From Anaeramoeba ignava BMAN (taxonomy: Eukaryota; Protista; Anaeramoebae), in assembly GCA_028826165.1 (NCBI GenBank), contig JAPDFW010000123.1:1-64000 (forward strand): 64,000 bases of DNA, read 5' to 3'. The notes below the pieces were generated by a model. It was given only the letters and a program-made list of their open reading frames with translations, did no database searches and was not told where the DNA came from. Shown here piece after piece: positions 1 through 14,390 of the stretch. The translations under genes were made by a program, and so were the position numbers. The number at the start of each line of letters is the position of its first letter. Within the stretch, counting starts at the first letter, position 1.

Positions 1-860
1 ATAAAAATGTGGAATAAAAATATTATATTAATAAATATTTAAATTTATTAATAAAATATTAATTAATAAAATATTAATAAAAATGGAATAAAAATAAAAA
101 TTTAATAAATTTAATTATTTATTAATAAATTAATTAATAAAATATTAATAAAAAGTGGAATAAAAATATTATATTAATAAATATAAATTTATTAATAAAT
201 TAATTAATAAAATATTAATAAAAAGTGGAATAAAAATATTATATAAATAAATATAAATTTATTAATAAATTAATTAATAAATTATTAATAAAAAGTGGAA
301 TAAAAATATTATATTAAATAAATATAAATTTATTAATAAATTAATTAATAAAATATTAATAAAAAAAGTGGAATAAAAATATTATATTAATAAATATAAA
401 TTTATTAATAAATTAATTAATAAATTATTAATAAAAAATGTGGAATAAAAATATTATATTAATAAATATAAATTTATTAATAAATTAATTAATAAAATAT
501 TAATAAAAAGTGGAATAAAAATATTATATTAATAAATATAAATTTATTAATAAATTAATTAATAAAATATTAATAAAAATGTGGAATAAAAATATTATAT
601 TAATAAATTATTAATAAAAATGTGGAATAAAAATATTATATTAATAAATATAAATTTATTAATAAATTAATAATAAATTATTTATAAAAATGTGGAATAA
701 AAATATTATATTAATAAATATAAATTTATTAATAAATTAATTAATAAATTATTTATAAAAAATGTGGAATAAAAATATTATATTAATAAATATAAATTTA
801 TTAATAAATTAATTAATAAAATATTAATAAAAAATGTGGAATAAAAATATTATATTAAAA
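1..860. repeat. AT-rich minisatellite, ~58-bp unit containing GTGGAATAAAAATATTATATT
   Basis: About 15 recurrences of (a/t)gtggaataaaaatattata at roughly 55-60 bp spacing; no coding potential. Confidence 0.9.
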
Positions 861-1107
861 ATAAATTATAATAAAAATTTTTCTAAATATGGAAACTTTT
901 ATATTTTAATAATAAAATAAATATATAAAAAATATTTAATAAATTTTGATTTTTATTACTCATCATTATAAAAATAAATAAATTATAAAAATTTTTCAAT
1001 TTTTCATTTTTCATTTTAAAATTTTTCAATTTTTCTTTTTAAAATTCCAATTAAAAAAAAAAGCAAAAAAACAACAACAACAAAGCAAAACAAAACAGAA
1101 AAAAATT

Positions 1108-1584
1108 ATGCAAAATTTAACATTAAAAATTTTAACTTCAAAACCAAAAGAAGCAAGATTAATAACAAAAAGTGTGTTTTCAATAGCTCAAAGATTTTTA
1201 ACAACGTATTACACAAAAGCACACGAATACATCAAGATTGATGAAGGAAAAGACAGTGGAAAATGCGGAATTTCAGATCATGCACAACAAGAATTAGGTG
1301 ACGTTGTATTTGTAGATTTGCCGGAAAAGGGAAGAAAAATTTCAAAAGGTGAACTTTCTGGAGCCGTTGAAAGTGTTAAAGCAGTTGGCAATTTTTATGC
1401 CCCCGTTTCCGGCAAAATTATTTCTGTTAATTCTGAACTTGAATCTACTCCTTCTTTGATTAATTCTCAACCTGAGGATAATGGTTGGATTATTGAGGTT
1501 CAATTGGATGATAAATCAGAAATTAATCAACTTATGAATCCTGAACAATACAAGAAATTTTTAGCTGAAGAATCTCATAAATAA
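1108..1584 (+). CDS. GCSH: Glycine cleavage system H protein with N-terminal organellar (mitochondrion-related organelle) presequence
   Basis: Motifs YTKAHEYI, GISDHAQQELGDVVFVDLP, lipoyl-lysine VESVKA and LINSQPEDNGWI; basic/hydroxylated ~30-aa N-terminal extension; single exon. Confidence 0.96.
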   Translation: MQNLTLKILTSKPKEARLITKSVFSIAQRFLTTYYTKAHEYIKIDEGKDSGKCGISDHAQQELGDVVFVDLPEKGRKISKGELSGAVESVKAVGNFYAPVSGKIISVNSELESTPSLINSQPEDNGWIIEVQLDDKSEINQLMNPEQYKKFLAEESHK

Positions 1585-1787
1585 GTTTTTTTTTTTTTTT
1601 TTACTTTTTTTTTTTCTTTTCATCAACTTTTTTTTTTTCTTTTCATCAACAAATTTTTTTTTTACTTTTGAGAAAAAATAAAAAAAAGTGGAACAAACAA
1701 ATCTTATTTAAAAATCTTATTTAAAAATTTAATTTAAAAATTTAATTTAAAAATTTAATTTAAATTCTTATTTTATTTTATTTAAAA

Positions 1788-4700
1788 TTAGAAAAATTTT
1801 CCAAATAATAATTCTCCACTTTCTAATCCTGCAAGTAAATTTTTTTCATTTCCTAAAAATGATAAAAATCTAATTGAATTTTTAACTTCAAAATGAGAAA
1901 CTAATTTCAAATCAATAATTTGTCTAATTTGAATAACACCTTGTTGACTTCCTGTAAATAAATATTGGGAATTATTAGAAGTAATCCAAGAATGAATAAT
2001 TTGGGAAGTGTCAACAATCTTTAGCAATTTTGCATTAATACTAAATAAATATATAGACAAGTCCTTATTGGAATAAATCAAGATATATCCATTATTTATA
2101 ATTTTAATCATTGAAGGAGAAATTCGTTTTGATTCATGAAGAAAAAATGAACGGACATAACTTCCGAGTTGAGCGGTTTGAATATTGCAAGTTCCATCAA
2201 GAGAGCCACTTACAACAACATCCAGTTGATAGTTCACATCAACACATGAAACTTCATCGTTATGTCCGTATAAAATATGCATTGGTTTTTCTAATACTTT
2301 TCCTTTTGTGACCTGAAGCTTCCAAACAATAACTGTTGTGTCTCTTGATCCAGTGACCAAGAGATCATCATCCAACGCCAAACAAGTCACTATGTCTTTG
2401 TGATGGGAAATTGACTGTTTTAGTTTGAATGTCTCTGTATTGTAAATTTTAAAACTGTTGTCCCAATATCCGCAAATAATAATATTTTTTTCATTTTTTG
2501 TAACTGCAAAACAAATGCTAAATTGCGTGATTCCAAAAGCAAAAGAAACGCCAATTCTTTGCGTTGATTTTTTGATCGATGTTTCCATCGATATTTGTGA
2601 ATAATATTGATCGTCTTTGCTTTCTGTTGTTGGATTGATCAAATCCAGTGTTTTTCTTTTTAATTGTGGAGTTTGTGATGAAAATCCACTTTCCAATTTT
2701 TCATTTGAATTTGTTTGAGAAAATGTTCTTGATGGGAAATATGATGATTTGCTTATTGCCAATGAGGGAGAATGTTTGGCTTTTGTTTGGTTTATTCCTG
2801 GTTGATTCATGAAATTTCTTATAAAATGCAAATATCGATTTTTATCAAACACAATCAATTTTGTTTTAAAATTCACAAACAAAATTTTTGATTTTGTCAA
2901 CGTAATACAACTTGATCTGAACTTTGTTTTCGCATCAATTTCCCAATAAAAAGGCGATGCATTTACTTCTGATAAGGATAATCTTTTTGGATGAGGTTTT
3001 TTAAATATTTGAGTTGGTGTTTGACCAAAATAACGAACTTGTTCTTCAATTGATTGTTTTTGATGTTCGTTTTGGATTGAATCAATTTCAATTGAATTTT
3101 CATATGTTAAATAGTGGAAAACATTATAAGCTTTGACTGCTTCTTCTCCTTGTTGTTTGTATCCAAAAATCAAGTCAATCCATTCATTCAAATGTTGAGA
3201 AACATATTCACTTTCTAAAGCTTTTCTATTCATCCATATATATTCATCTGGGGTTTTTGCCCATGGAGGCAATATAACATTTCCAATTAATTCCCCCGTT
3301 TGTTTTTTTCCCAAGTTAAAGTTATTTGAGTTTTCTAGAAATTCAGGGAAAAAATAAAATTCTGGTATTAATTCTTTAACATCTGATTGACTTGTTAAAC
3401 AACTTTCCCAAGTTGTTGGAAGTGAATGGAAAACTCTATCAGCAATATCGAATTTTCCACCTTGCATTTCTATAAATAATGAAGTGAATGGTTCGATACG
3501 TATTAAGTAGAATAAAACGCCACCTAAAATAAAATACATTTTAAATTAATAATTTAATAAATTTTGAATTAAATCAATAAATCAAATATTTAAATCTTGA
3601 ATTAAATCAAATAAATTCATTTTAAATCTTTAATTCAAATAAATTAAATTCCAAATCTTTAATTCAATTAAAATAAATTCCAAATCTTTAATTAAATAAA
3701 TTAAATTCATTTTAAATCTTTAATTCAAATTAAATTAAATTCATTTCAAATCTTTAAATTAATTAAATTAATTAAATTCATTTCAAATCTTTAATTAAAT
3801 TAAATTCATTTTAAATCTTTAATTCAAATTAAATTAATTAAATTCATTTTAAATCTTTAATTGAATTAAATTAATTAAATTCATTCCAAATCTTTAATTG
3901 AATTAAATTAAATTAAATTCATTCCAAATCTTGAATTAAATTAAAATAATTAAATTCATTTTAAATCTTTAATTAAATTAAATTCATTTTCAAATCTTCA
4001 AATCAATTAAATTCATTTCAAATCTTAAATTAAATTAAATTAATTAAATTCATTTTAAATCTTTAATTAAAATAAATTGATTAAATTCATTTTAAATCTT
4101 TAATTAAATTAAATTCAAATTAAATTCATTTTTAAATCTTGAATAAATTAAAATAAATTCATTCCAAATCTTTTAATTAAATTTAATTAAAATTTCCAAA
4201 TCTTAAATTAATTAAATTCATTTCAAATCTTTAATTGAATTAAATTGAATTAAATTCATTTTCAAATCTTTAAATTTAAATTAATTAAATTCATTTCAAA
4301 TAATTAAATAAATCTTCAAATAAATTAAATTAAATTGATTAAATTCTTTTTAAATCTTCAAATTAATTAAATTCATTTCAAATCTTTAATTAAAATAAAT
4401 TAATTAAATTCATTTTAAATCTCCAAATAAATAAATTCATTTTAAATCTTCAAATCAATTAAATTGATTAAATTCATTTTAAATCTTTAATTGAATTAAA
4501 TTAAATTAATTCATTTCAAATCTTTAATTGAATTAAATTAATTAAATTCATTTCAAATCTTTAATTGAATTAAATTAATTAAATTCATTTCAAATAATTG
4601 AATTAAATTAATTAAATTCATTTCAAATAATTGAATTAAATTGATTAAATTCATTTCAAATAATAAAATTAAATAAATCTTTAATTGAATTAAATTAAAT

Positions 4701-7700
4701 TAAATTAAATTAAATAAATATAAATTTATTAATTAATTTATACCTTGATTCGAATAATGTGACCCATAATGAAAAGGTGGAATAGAATCATCAATCCGAG
4801 AAAGATCATGATACCTCTGAATAAAATCCTTTAATCTCTTCTCATTTAAAGCTCCAATAGGCTTAGATAAATCTCGATAAACAGAAATATCATCCAAATC
4901 AATTTTTTCAGATGAAAAATCAACAAGAATCCATGGAAATACTGGATATTGAGATATATCATTAAATGTCCTTCCTGAAATAATATTCAATTCCATCAAA
5001 TATTCAAAATTTGTCATTTCATAATGTTGCCATTTTTTTGTAATTTTGGATTTCTTCAAAATCTCAGAAAAACTTCCAGTTTCATATCTAATTAAATTCG
5101 GAAGTTTCATACTTGATATCTCATTATAAACTTGATCCGCAATCTTTGCATTTGGAAAATTAATCAAAAAACTCTTCTTATTAATCAAGAAAAACTCTAT
5201 TGCACATCTCCGCAAATTGAATCTTCTTTTCATCATTTCTTTCATTTCATTCAAATTCCATGAAATGTACTTTGTCATCTCAATCATTTTCTCATCTTCT
5301 TTCAATTTCTCATTCAAATCTCCCTTTTTCAAATAGGGATTGTATTTCCCATAAAAATCCAAAGAAACCGTTGTAATTTCAAGCATCCCAGAAATAGATC
5401 CTGTTAAAGAAACCAATTCACAGGATGTTCGATAAATAATTGTTTTCGAATTGTTTTCTTTCAATGATTCTTTGATCATCATCATATCATCAAACTCAAT
5501 CTTGGTTTCATTCAATCTTTCTTTTCCGTTCACATTATCAATGAGACTTTTCATTTCCAAAATTTTCAAAGTTGTTTCACTTCTTAATTTCTCCATCTCA
5601 GTTCTATCATAATTCTGTAAAATTGTTGTTAGATATTCTTTGGATCCTTCATCTCTTCTCACACAAGCTCTCATATGCATATCGAATTTATAATTCCGTT
5701 TGAGTTTTCTTCTTTGGTTCGAAAATCCAGATGTTTTATCAACTTTCCAATGCGCTTCCTCATGATTTTTTTCTTGTCGCCAAGCTCCACGTTCAGAAGT
5801 CAAATTTCTGAACATTAATCGCCATTTTCTTCTTGCATTGATTTTTGTTTTGTTCTTTTCATCGATATATTTCTTCAAATTTAACTCTGATTCCTTCACC
5901 AATGTTGATAATAATTGATTCAATATTTCATCGCTTTTTTGTTGCTTTTGTTTTTCTTGATTTTCTTGAATCACTTGATATTCTTGTTTAACACCTTCTG
6001 TTTTGGCTATTCTTTCTTGTGCTATTATTGTCCAATGAATTTCCAATTCCTTTCTGAACTTTTCCTCAACCGAATTAAAATGTTGTTGAACTGCATTTTT
6101 CCATTTTTCAGTCTGGAAAAGCTCCATAAAATCTTCATACTCTTTGTTTTTCTGAAACAATAAAAAAGAAGAAGGTTCGCTATTTAAAATACTATTTCCA
6201 TTTGGATCTGTAAATTTCTTTTGAATCAATGAATAATATTTGTAGAAAATTAATTTCAAAACTTCAATAATAATTTTTCTTTTTGTTAGACGAATTTTCT
6301 GTAACTTAATTTGCTCTTGTTTTTCTTCGTTTTTCTTTTCATCCTTTTGTAAATATTCTTCAACTTCATATAATAATGTAAACAATAACGAAAGTATCAC
6401 ATATAATAATTCTGTTTTTCGAGAATGTGAAACTTCAATTTCAATCGATTCAACTAATGATTGCAAATATTGTGAAAATTGCATCAATTCTTCAACTACA
6501 TTCATATCCAGATTCTCTATTCTTCCAAAAAGGAAGTGGATTATATTCTGAATTCCACTTCTAAATACATTTTGATCATAAGTACAATATTTTCCAAATA
6601 ATAAGAAAAACTTAAAATTTGAAAATAAATTCATTAACAAAATGATTTGTTTCATATTTTCTGAATTTTCATCTGGAATTCCAATACTAAATTGAACAAC
6701 TTCATTTCCATATTTTCTTCTTTCACTAACAAAATCTTTATCAATCCAATTTCGAAATGATCCAAATTTTCTTTTTTTTGTTGATTTTTCTAACATTTTT
6801 TTAATAATATTTTGATTTTGAATTTCAATTTTGATTTTCATTATTTTCATTTTCATTTCTATCTTCATAATTTTCATTTTCATCATCTTCATCATTTTCA
6901 TTAATAAATTGTGTTCTTATATTCAAAAATGAAATTATACATAAAATTGTATGACAAAAATTATCAAAAAAAATATTCACTTCTTTCCAATTAGATGTAT
7001 TAATATTAGATGAAGTAACCATAATTTCATTATATTGTTTAAAAATTGTATTACAAATTTCAATCGAATTTTTGAAAATTCTATTCATCAATTTGTTTTC
7101 ATCATCAAAAGAATCGAAAGGTAAAGTTCTTATAGAAAATATAACCTTTTCAAAAGTTTTCCATCCATCAGATTGAAACTGCATATAATAACCAAATAAA
7201 AAAGAGAAAAATTTATGCACAAGTTTTTCAATGAGTTTCAAATGCTTTTCTTCTTCAGCTTTTTTCTCTTTCTTTTTTTCATTCATTTTTATCAATAAAT
7301 CCAATAACCAAATTTGCCATCCTTTTTTATTAAGAAAAACCTTCTGATTTTGTTCATTTTTTGTCAAAAGAATAAATATACTTTTTAAATTTTGGTAATT
7401 TTCATCGAGCATAATATTATTTGCAATATCTTCAAATATTGTTTGCAAAACTCCATCTGCTCGAATAAACAAATATCCAGCTTTCAATTCATTTTGAGAT
7501 AAAACAAGAATGGAAAACAATGTTTTGCGTATTTGATTTGTAAATGTATATTTCATCAAAATATCATGAATAAGAATATAAACATCATCAAATTGTGATT
7601 TATATTTATTTTCAAGCTTGAAATAACTATAATGCAATAAATCATAAATAATATGCAGAGATATTTCTCGAATCTCATTTTGGTTTGTATCCAATAAAAT

Positions 7701-10700
7701 TATGAAAGGATTGAAATATCCAACTGTTTCCAAACTCTCAATAATTTTTTGTTTATTATCCAATTCAACATCCCGAATTGAACGGGTTTTTTCCTTTCTT
7801 GTTTGAACAATGCAAGAATTAATATTCAAAAAATTATCTTCAATATCTGAATCCCAATCAATATCATCATCATCATCTTCATCTTCATCATTTTCATTTT
7901 CATTTTTAATTATATTTAATGGAATTTCATTCTTTTCATCTTTTTTCTTTTTCTTCTTTTTGTTTTTGTTTTTGTTTTTATTTTTATTCTTTGAATCTTC
8001 CAAGTTATAATCAAATGAAAATTCTTCTGAATTAAAAGGTGAAAATTCCTCATCATATTTTCGACACTCTTGGTTTGTTGCGATAATTTTGTGGATTATA
8101 AATAAAACATCTTTAATTTCCTCTAAATGAGATATATTCTTCATTTCAACACAATATAAAATCAATTGAATTATATTTTTCTTTGTGAAATTTCTAAGTG
8201 AAATGTATTCCAAAATTTTCAAAATTTTAAATCTTAATTTTTGGATTTGCTCTTTTGAAGGTCTGAACCCAAGCAATTTTTCAGTAATAAGATGGTGTTT
8301 TTCATCATATCCTCTTGAATATGTTTCTTGTGAAAACCAATAATAGCATCTTAGAATATTGTAGAGATCAGAAAAATCAACTCCTGTTCGATTGTTTTCG
8401 TTATGAATTAATAATCTCCAAATTATTTTTTCGATAATTTTGTTCTGTACTGCAAAATCAGTCAGAATCCAGTTATCAAATTCAAGAATAAAATCTTTGA
8501 TAAATGATTCTAGTAATTCTTTTCTCTTAATATTAAGAAGGAATTTTTTTGTAATTTTCAGTATTTGAGTTGTCATATGAGTTGGAGAAATGCTTTGAAA
8601 TAAATAGCTTATAATGGAAAAACCATTTGAACGAATCATATCATCTTGATTTGTTGTGCTTCTTATCAATAAATCAATAATCAACTCAAATATTTGGGCA
8701 GAAGCATCTGTATCGACTGAAAAATTCAATTTTTGATATAATTTTTTTGTTTCATTTTCAATTTCATTGTAATTTCCATTTTGAATTTCTGTTGAATTGA
8801 ATTGTGGTTTCAATTCTTCAATCATCTTTTTGGGTCGAAGAATCTTTTCGTAATTTAAAGATGATTTCAAATCATTAATATTCTGTAAATCTTCAATTTT
8901 TTTATAAATTTTCAGGTTTTCTTGCGATGAAATTGGTTGATCTAATTGAACAAAAAGAGGGAAAAGTATTTCAATTCCTCCTAAACAATGAATAATATCC
9001 TCAAAATCAAGTAAAACAGTTTTGAGCATTCCAAAATATCTTGCCTTCACAATTAAAGAATTGGGACTTTGATCAAAACAATAGTTTAAATTACAAGCTT
9101 TACTATTAAAATTCAGGAAAATTTTTTCTGAAAGCGATCCATGCAAAATATTTGAAGAAAATGGGATATAATTCTGTATATTTTGTTGATTTTGCTCGTT
9201 TGCTGTGTTTTTTATTGTTGAAATGACTTGATTTGAACTAGTTCTACGAAGTGAATTGTTTTCAGGATTTGATTGAAGAGTTGTTTGTTCTTCAAAAGAG
9301 GATAAATAATCAGGTCCTAATTTAAATATTTTTTCTATTTGATATGCAGATAAAGTATCGTTGAAAAAATAAATTGCACCCATTTGTCCATAGAAATGAT
9401 TTTCTCTCAATATTCCTGATTTGGGAATTGCAAAATTAGAACCTATTCTATTGTGAGTGAGTTCAGAATTGAATGTAGGGAATTTCATTGGAAGTTTCCC
9501 TATTAATTTCCCATCAATATAAACTTTGCATTCTTGTCCCAAAGAGTTTTTTGATGAAGAATGAACAACTGAAATGAAGATCCATTTCTTCATTTCCATT
9601 TTTAATTCATTAAAGCAAGCCATGTCCTTGGCCACAGTTGACGATGTTTTAAATACTAAATTCATTGATATTGTTTTAGATGAAGAATGAATAGATTTTT
9701 GGCTCAAATTTTGTTTTTGTAAAGCATTTCCTTTTGGGATTCCAAGTTGAGAAGATTGTGTTACTTCCCAATTTTCATCATCCAATTTTTCATTTGATTG
9801 TAAATATAATTCAAGACCTTCTGAATTTTCATTCATAAAACTAAATAATCGCGGTTCATAATTTGGCTTTTTTAGTGGATCTTGTAAACTTTCAATTCTC
9901 ATCCAAGTCAGAAAAGCAAATCCTCTAATTGCTGGCCAACTTTGAATTTTTGGTAATTCAAGAAAAGTTGTTCTGCCATCAAAATTGAAGAAAGTATGAG
10001 GATTCATTTCGTTTTCTGAATATTTGAGTTTGAACATGATTTGCAATGCATGAAGAATTTGGGAAACATTTTGAGAACGGAATTTGTCTTCAACACTCCG
10101 CAATAATCCAACATAAGATTTCAGTTCACTCACAGTGATGCTATGTGAACCAATCAATCCAAGTAATTCAATCATATATTTTTCAATATTTTGATTGTCT
10201 TGTGTTTTTCCATTTACAATTTCCTGATTTTCAAAAATAACAGGAAGTAATTTTATAATTTGTGAAAGAAGACCAACTTCTGAACAACAAGAAACATTGT
10301 GAATTGAATTTGAACACATTTCAGTGAATTTTTTCAAAAATTCTTGGAATACTTTTGTCGATGTAATTCCTGGTGAAAAAATATCAAAAATAACAGGAAC
10401 AGCTTGTGGACATTGAATAGAAAACTCATTTTTGGTATTTTTTTGGAGATTTGCAAAGAATTTTTCGTGAGTGAAATTACTGGATAAATTTTTGAATGTG
10501 AAATATTCATCCTTTTGCTGGGAAATTTCCTTCTGAAAGTTTGGATTGATTGGATTGCTTCCCACAATCATTTCAAATATCAAATCAAATGTTTTTTGAC
10601 TTGTTTTTTCTGTGTGATCTTGCTTTATAAATCTTGCAAGTGTTTCGAATCCAATTTCAGTTTCAAATTTGATCACGTTTTCTCTGTTTCCTCTAAATAA

Positions 10701-13700
10701 TTCAATCAGAATTTGCAAAACAATGTCTATAAAAGAATACTCATTTTTGGAAAAGCTCAACACTGTGGCGAGCATTTGAAAAAATCCTGTGTTTGCAAAT
10801 AATGTTTGTAGAATTTGCTGATTGTTTATGATCCATAAAATCCCACTAAAAATAAGAGACTTGATAATTTTGTAATATCTTTCGCACTTCCCCATATTTT
10901 GACTATTTTCCTGATTAATTGAATATGTTTTTTGCAATTTTTGAAAGCTTTGGATCACAAACTCAATAAAAGAATTCAAAATCATTATGCAAACTGACAA
11001 ATCTCCATTTTCAGGAATTGATAGCATAATTTTATTCAATTGAAACAAGCAATAATCCTCAGATTTTTCACTGAGTAATAATCCATACAATAACGATTTG
11101 ATGAAACAAGTGGGATTTGCTCGATCCATAAAGATTGCCTTTCTGGATGATTCCTCTGAAAAATACAAATCCAGCAATTCAAACAATTTATCAAGAATTT
11201 GGAGTGTGTTTTCTTTTCCTTTTATTTTTTGATATTGCTCTTCCAAAACGTTTAAATTCGGTAAATTTTTTTCTTCTTGATTTTTTTGTTGCCAATTCTT
11301 GAAATTTTGGTATGATTGATACTGGAATATTTCAAGTATCATATGCGAAAATATTGTATATGAATGAGTATTTTGCAAAGATTTCAATGTTGCTTGAAAA
11401 TTATTTTGGAAAATTTCATAAAGTGTTTCTAAAGATTGCCAAACAACATTGAAATTGAATTTGTTCTTTTGTATCAAATTCAATAAAACTGTGCATTCTT
11501 CTTGATTAGGTTTTGAATCTTTAATTGCAGAATAGCAAATGAATTGAAATGATAATTTTGTAATTTCATTGAGTTTTAATCGTGTTTCTTCAAATCCAAT
11601 AAAAGCATTGTTCAATTCAATATAGAAATAATCAGAAAAAACTAAATCCCAACAATTTTGATTAATCAAATGAATTGTGTGTCTGTGCAAATGAATTAAA
11701 AATTCCAAAACTTCAAACTAAATATTATCATCATTTTTGTTTTCAAAAAAATAAATTTCAAATGAATATTTTCTTTTTTTTTCTATTTTTTTGTTTAAAA
11801 TATATAAAATTCATTATAATACCTGAAGATCAGGTGAAATTGATTTGAGAAGAAATCTAATTTGAGAATTGATTTTAGATTTGTGGAAATTCATATCAAA
11901 AAGATCGAGAACAACTCGAAATAGATGATGATGAATTGATTCTGAATTTTGGATATTATTTTGAGGATTAACTTCTTCATTTCCTTGATTTTTTGGAGTA
12001 TTTGATTTGTCTCCTGAAATTGCATTACTGAGACTAATTTCAAGAATATTTTGCAAAACTATAAAAATTTCATGAATATAATTGTTTGAATTATCTCGAA
12101 TTTTGGATTCAATTTGTATGTATTTTTTCTTTTGATTTTGATCCAATTTTCTTCCAAATGATAATTGATCTTGAAAAAATTCCTTTTCTAAAATATTAAA
12201 AAAAAAAAACCATATCATATTTTTAATATCTTCTTCAATGAATAAATAAATAAATAAATTTGTTTTTGTTTTTAAACCAATACGTTTGTTATTAATTATA
12301 AATTCTATATCATTAATTAAATTTGTTCTGAAAACCTCATTTTTATATGAATTTGAAACTTGTTCAAATAGTTTTTGTTTTTCCAATTTTGTGTTTTCAA
12401 TTTTTAAATTTTGGATTTTTTCTGAATTTTGATCAATAAAATATTGAATTTCTTTTGGACGAAAAGAATCAACAATCCATAAAATAAAATCGCATAATTT
12501 TGCTGTATGAATATTTTTGGAAATCAATTTTTCCATAAAGGGATATTCCTTGATGATATATGCAATATAAAATAAAATCAAGTATCGAAGAGAAAATTCA
12601 AAATGTTTTGCAATTTTATCATAAGTAGTTTCCAAATATTGAGAAATGAGCAAATCTTCGTTTGTTTTTGAAGAAGATGAATAAGATGACAATATCGAAT
12701 AATTTGTTTTTTGAATGAAATTATATGCATTTTCATCATTTTGTTTGTTATTTTGTGAAATGGGAAGTTGAAGAATTTTGATTTGAGGACAATTAAAAAT
12801 TGGAGGAGAAAAAGAATTTAAAACCAATTCAAAAACTCTAAGTAAATTCTCTCTTGATAAATTTGGATATTGAATGATATTGAGTATAAAATTCATTAAA
12901 TTGAAAAAGATGTGATATTGAAGGTTATTGAAAAGAAATCTTTTTCGCAGTTTTCGGATGTTATCAAAAAAACCTAAAATTTTTTTGAAAATTTTTTGAA
13001 AATTTAATTGAATTGAATTGAATTAAATTTGTTTTTCAAGAAATACTGAGAATAATATCAATTAAACCCATTTCAAAAATCCATGAAATATTCCCAATTT
13101 GTAAATTTAGTTTTGGAAACTTATTCATATCATTAATATTATTCATAATTGGAATTCCAAAAAAATTTGAAATGATTTCCAAAAAAGTTGAAACAAGATA
13201 TTGAACAAGAAATATATTTTGAGTTGATTGAAACGATAATTCTAAAACTCCTGAATCTTGGTCTTTTCCTGAATCAAGAAAGAATATATTCTTTATAAAT
13301 GAAATAATTCAAATAAATAAATTTTGAATTTTGAATTTTGAATTCTAAAATTAAAATTATTACTGAATGAACAATATGTGAAAATAATGTATTTATAATT
13401 GTTCCAATTTCCAAAATTTCTTCTGCAAATCCAATTTTTAACAAACAAATTCTGTTGATTTCAGAACGAGAAAGAATTGTAAGCATTTCAAGTGAAGGAA
13501 GTTCAAGAAAATCAAGTAAATTGATGTTTTCGATATTTTTTGTTGAGTTTTCTTATTAAATTAAAATGATAAAATAAATAATTGCAATTGATTTCTTTGA
13601 TTTAATTAAAATATTCACTTTTATCCATTAATTGAAATATTTTATGCATATTTGAAACTAATTTGTTTTTTAAAGATGTCAATGTTTTTAAAACTTCTGT

Positions 13701-14269
13701 AATTAATTCAGGTGGATGAGCATAATCCTTTTCAATTGCATAATGAAATAAATCGGAATCAATTGGAAATTTACTCTCTTGATTTTTTGCAAATTCTTTC
13801 ATTTTTATATTTGAATTTTTATTTTTTTGAATTTGTTGATTTTTCGGTTTTTTTTTATTTAAATTTTTTTCCATTTCATTTTGAATTTCCGTTAATTTAA
13901 AAATAGATTCCCAATTTTGATAACTGTTTAAAAAAAGAATAGAGAATTGAAAAAGCCAATTTAAATGAGCTTCCTTTTTTTGTTATTGTTTAAAAAATAG
14001 AAATGAAGAAAAAATTTTTTCATTTTAAAAAAAAATGTTGATTTTTCTTTTTCCTTTTCCTTTTTTTTTGATTCTTTTACTTCATCTGATATTTCAAGTT
14101 TTTTTTGCCATAATTCTTCTAGTTTTTCTCCATTTGGTGAATGATTTATAAATCCTGTTTTAATTTTTTCTGTAAATTTAATTTGTAAATTTTTTGAATT
14201 TTCATTTTGATTTTGATTTTGATTTTGATTTTTTTTTGTTTTTGAAAATAGATTTTTTAAAAAAGACAT
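1788..14269 (-). CDS. Large BEACH-domain protein (neurobeachin/LvsA-like: ARM region, ConA-like, PH-BEACH, WD40), multi-exon
   Basis: ORFs 13961-14269, 13602-13874, 13274-13486, 11814-12896, 6825-11708, 4733-6901 and 1788-3539 join through GT-AG introns (e.g. 14080..13974; 4743..3524 gives HYGSHYSNQG|GVLFYLIRIEPF). BEACH motifs GRTFNDISQYPVFPW, DVKELIPEF, LESEYVS and FGQTP; C-terminal WD40. One +1 frameshift near 6830. Confidence 0.93.
3524..4743 (-). repeat. 1220-nt intron filled with a degenerate tandem repeat (AAATTCATTTYAAATCTTTAATT-like units)
   Basis: Minus-strand GT at 4743 and AG at 3524 join the BEACH domain in frame; interior is a ~30-45 bp degenerate repeat. Confidence 0.88.
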
Positions 14270-14390
14270 TTATAATCAAAAATATAAAAAAAAGTTTAAA
14301 AAAAAAAGAAAGGAAGAAAAAAAATGAAATTTTATTAAAAGAAATTTAAATTTTTTTTTTTCATTTTTTTTCTTTTCTAAATTAAATTTT
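14270..14390. promoter_or_regulatory. Compact bidirectional promoter (BEACH / CDF genes)
   Basis: 121 bp between divergent ATGs with back-to-back AAAATGA (14321) and TCATTTT (14361) elements. Confidence 0.65.

Noticed and set aside
1-860. Regularly spaced GTGGAATAAAA repeats superficially like a CRISPR array
   Set aside because: The intervening sequences are near-identical rather than unique spacers, there are no cas genes, and the context is eukaryotic.
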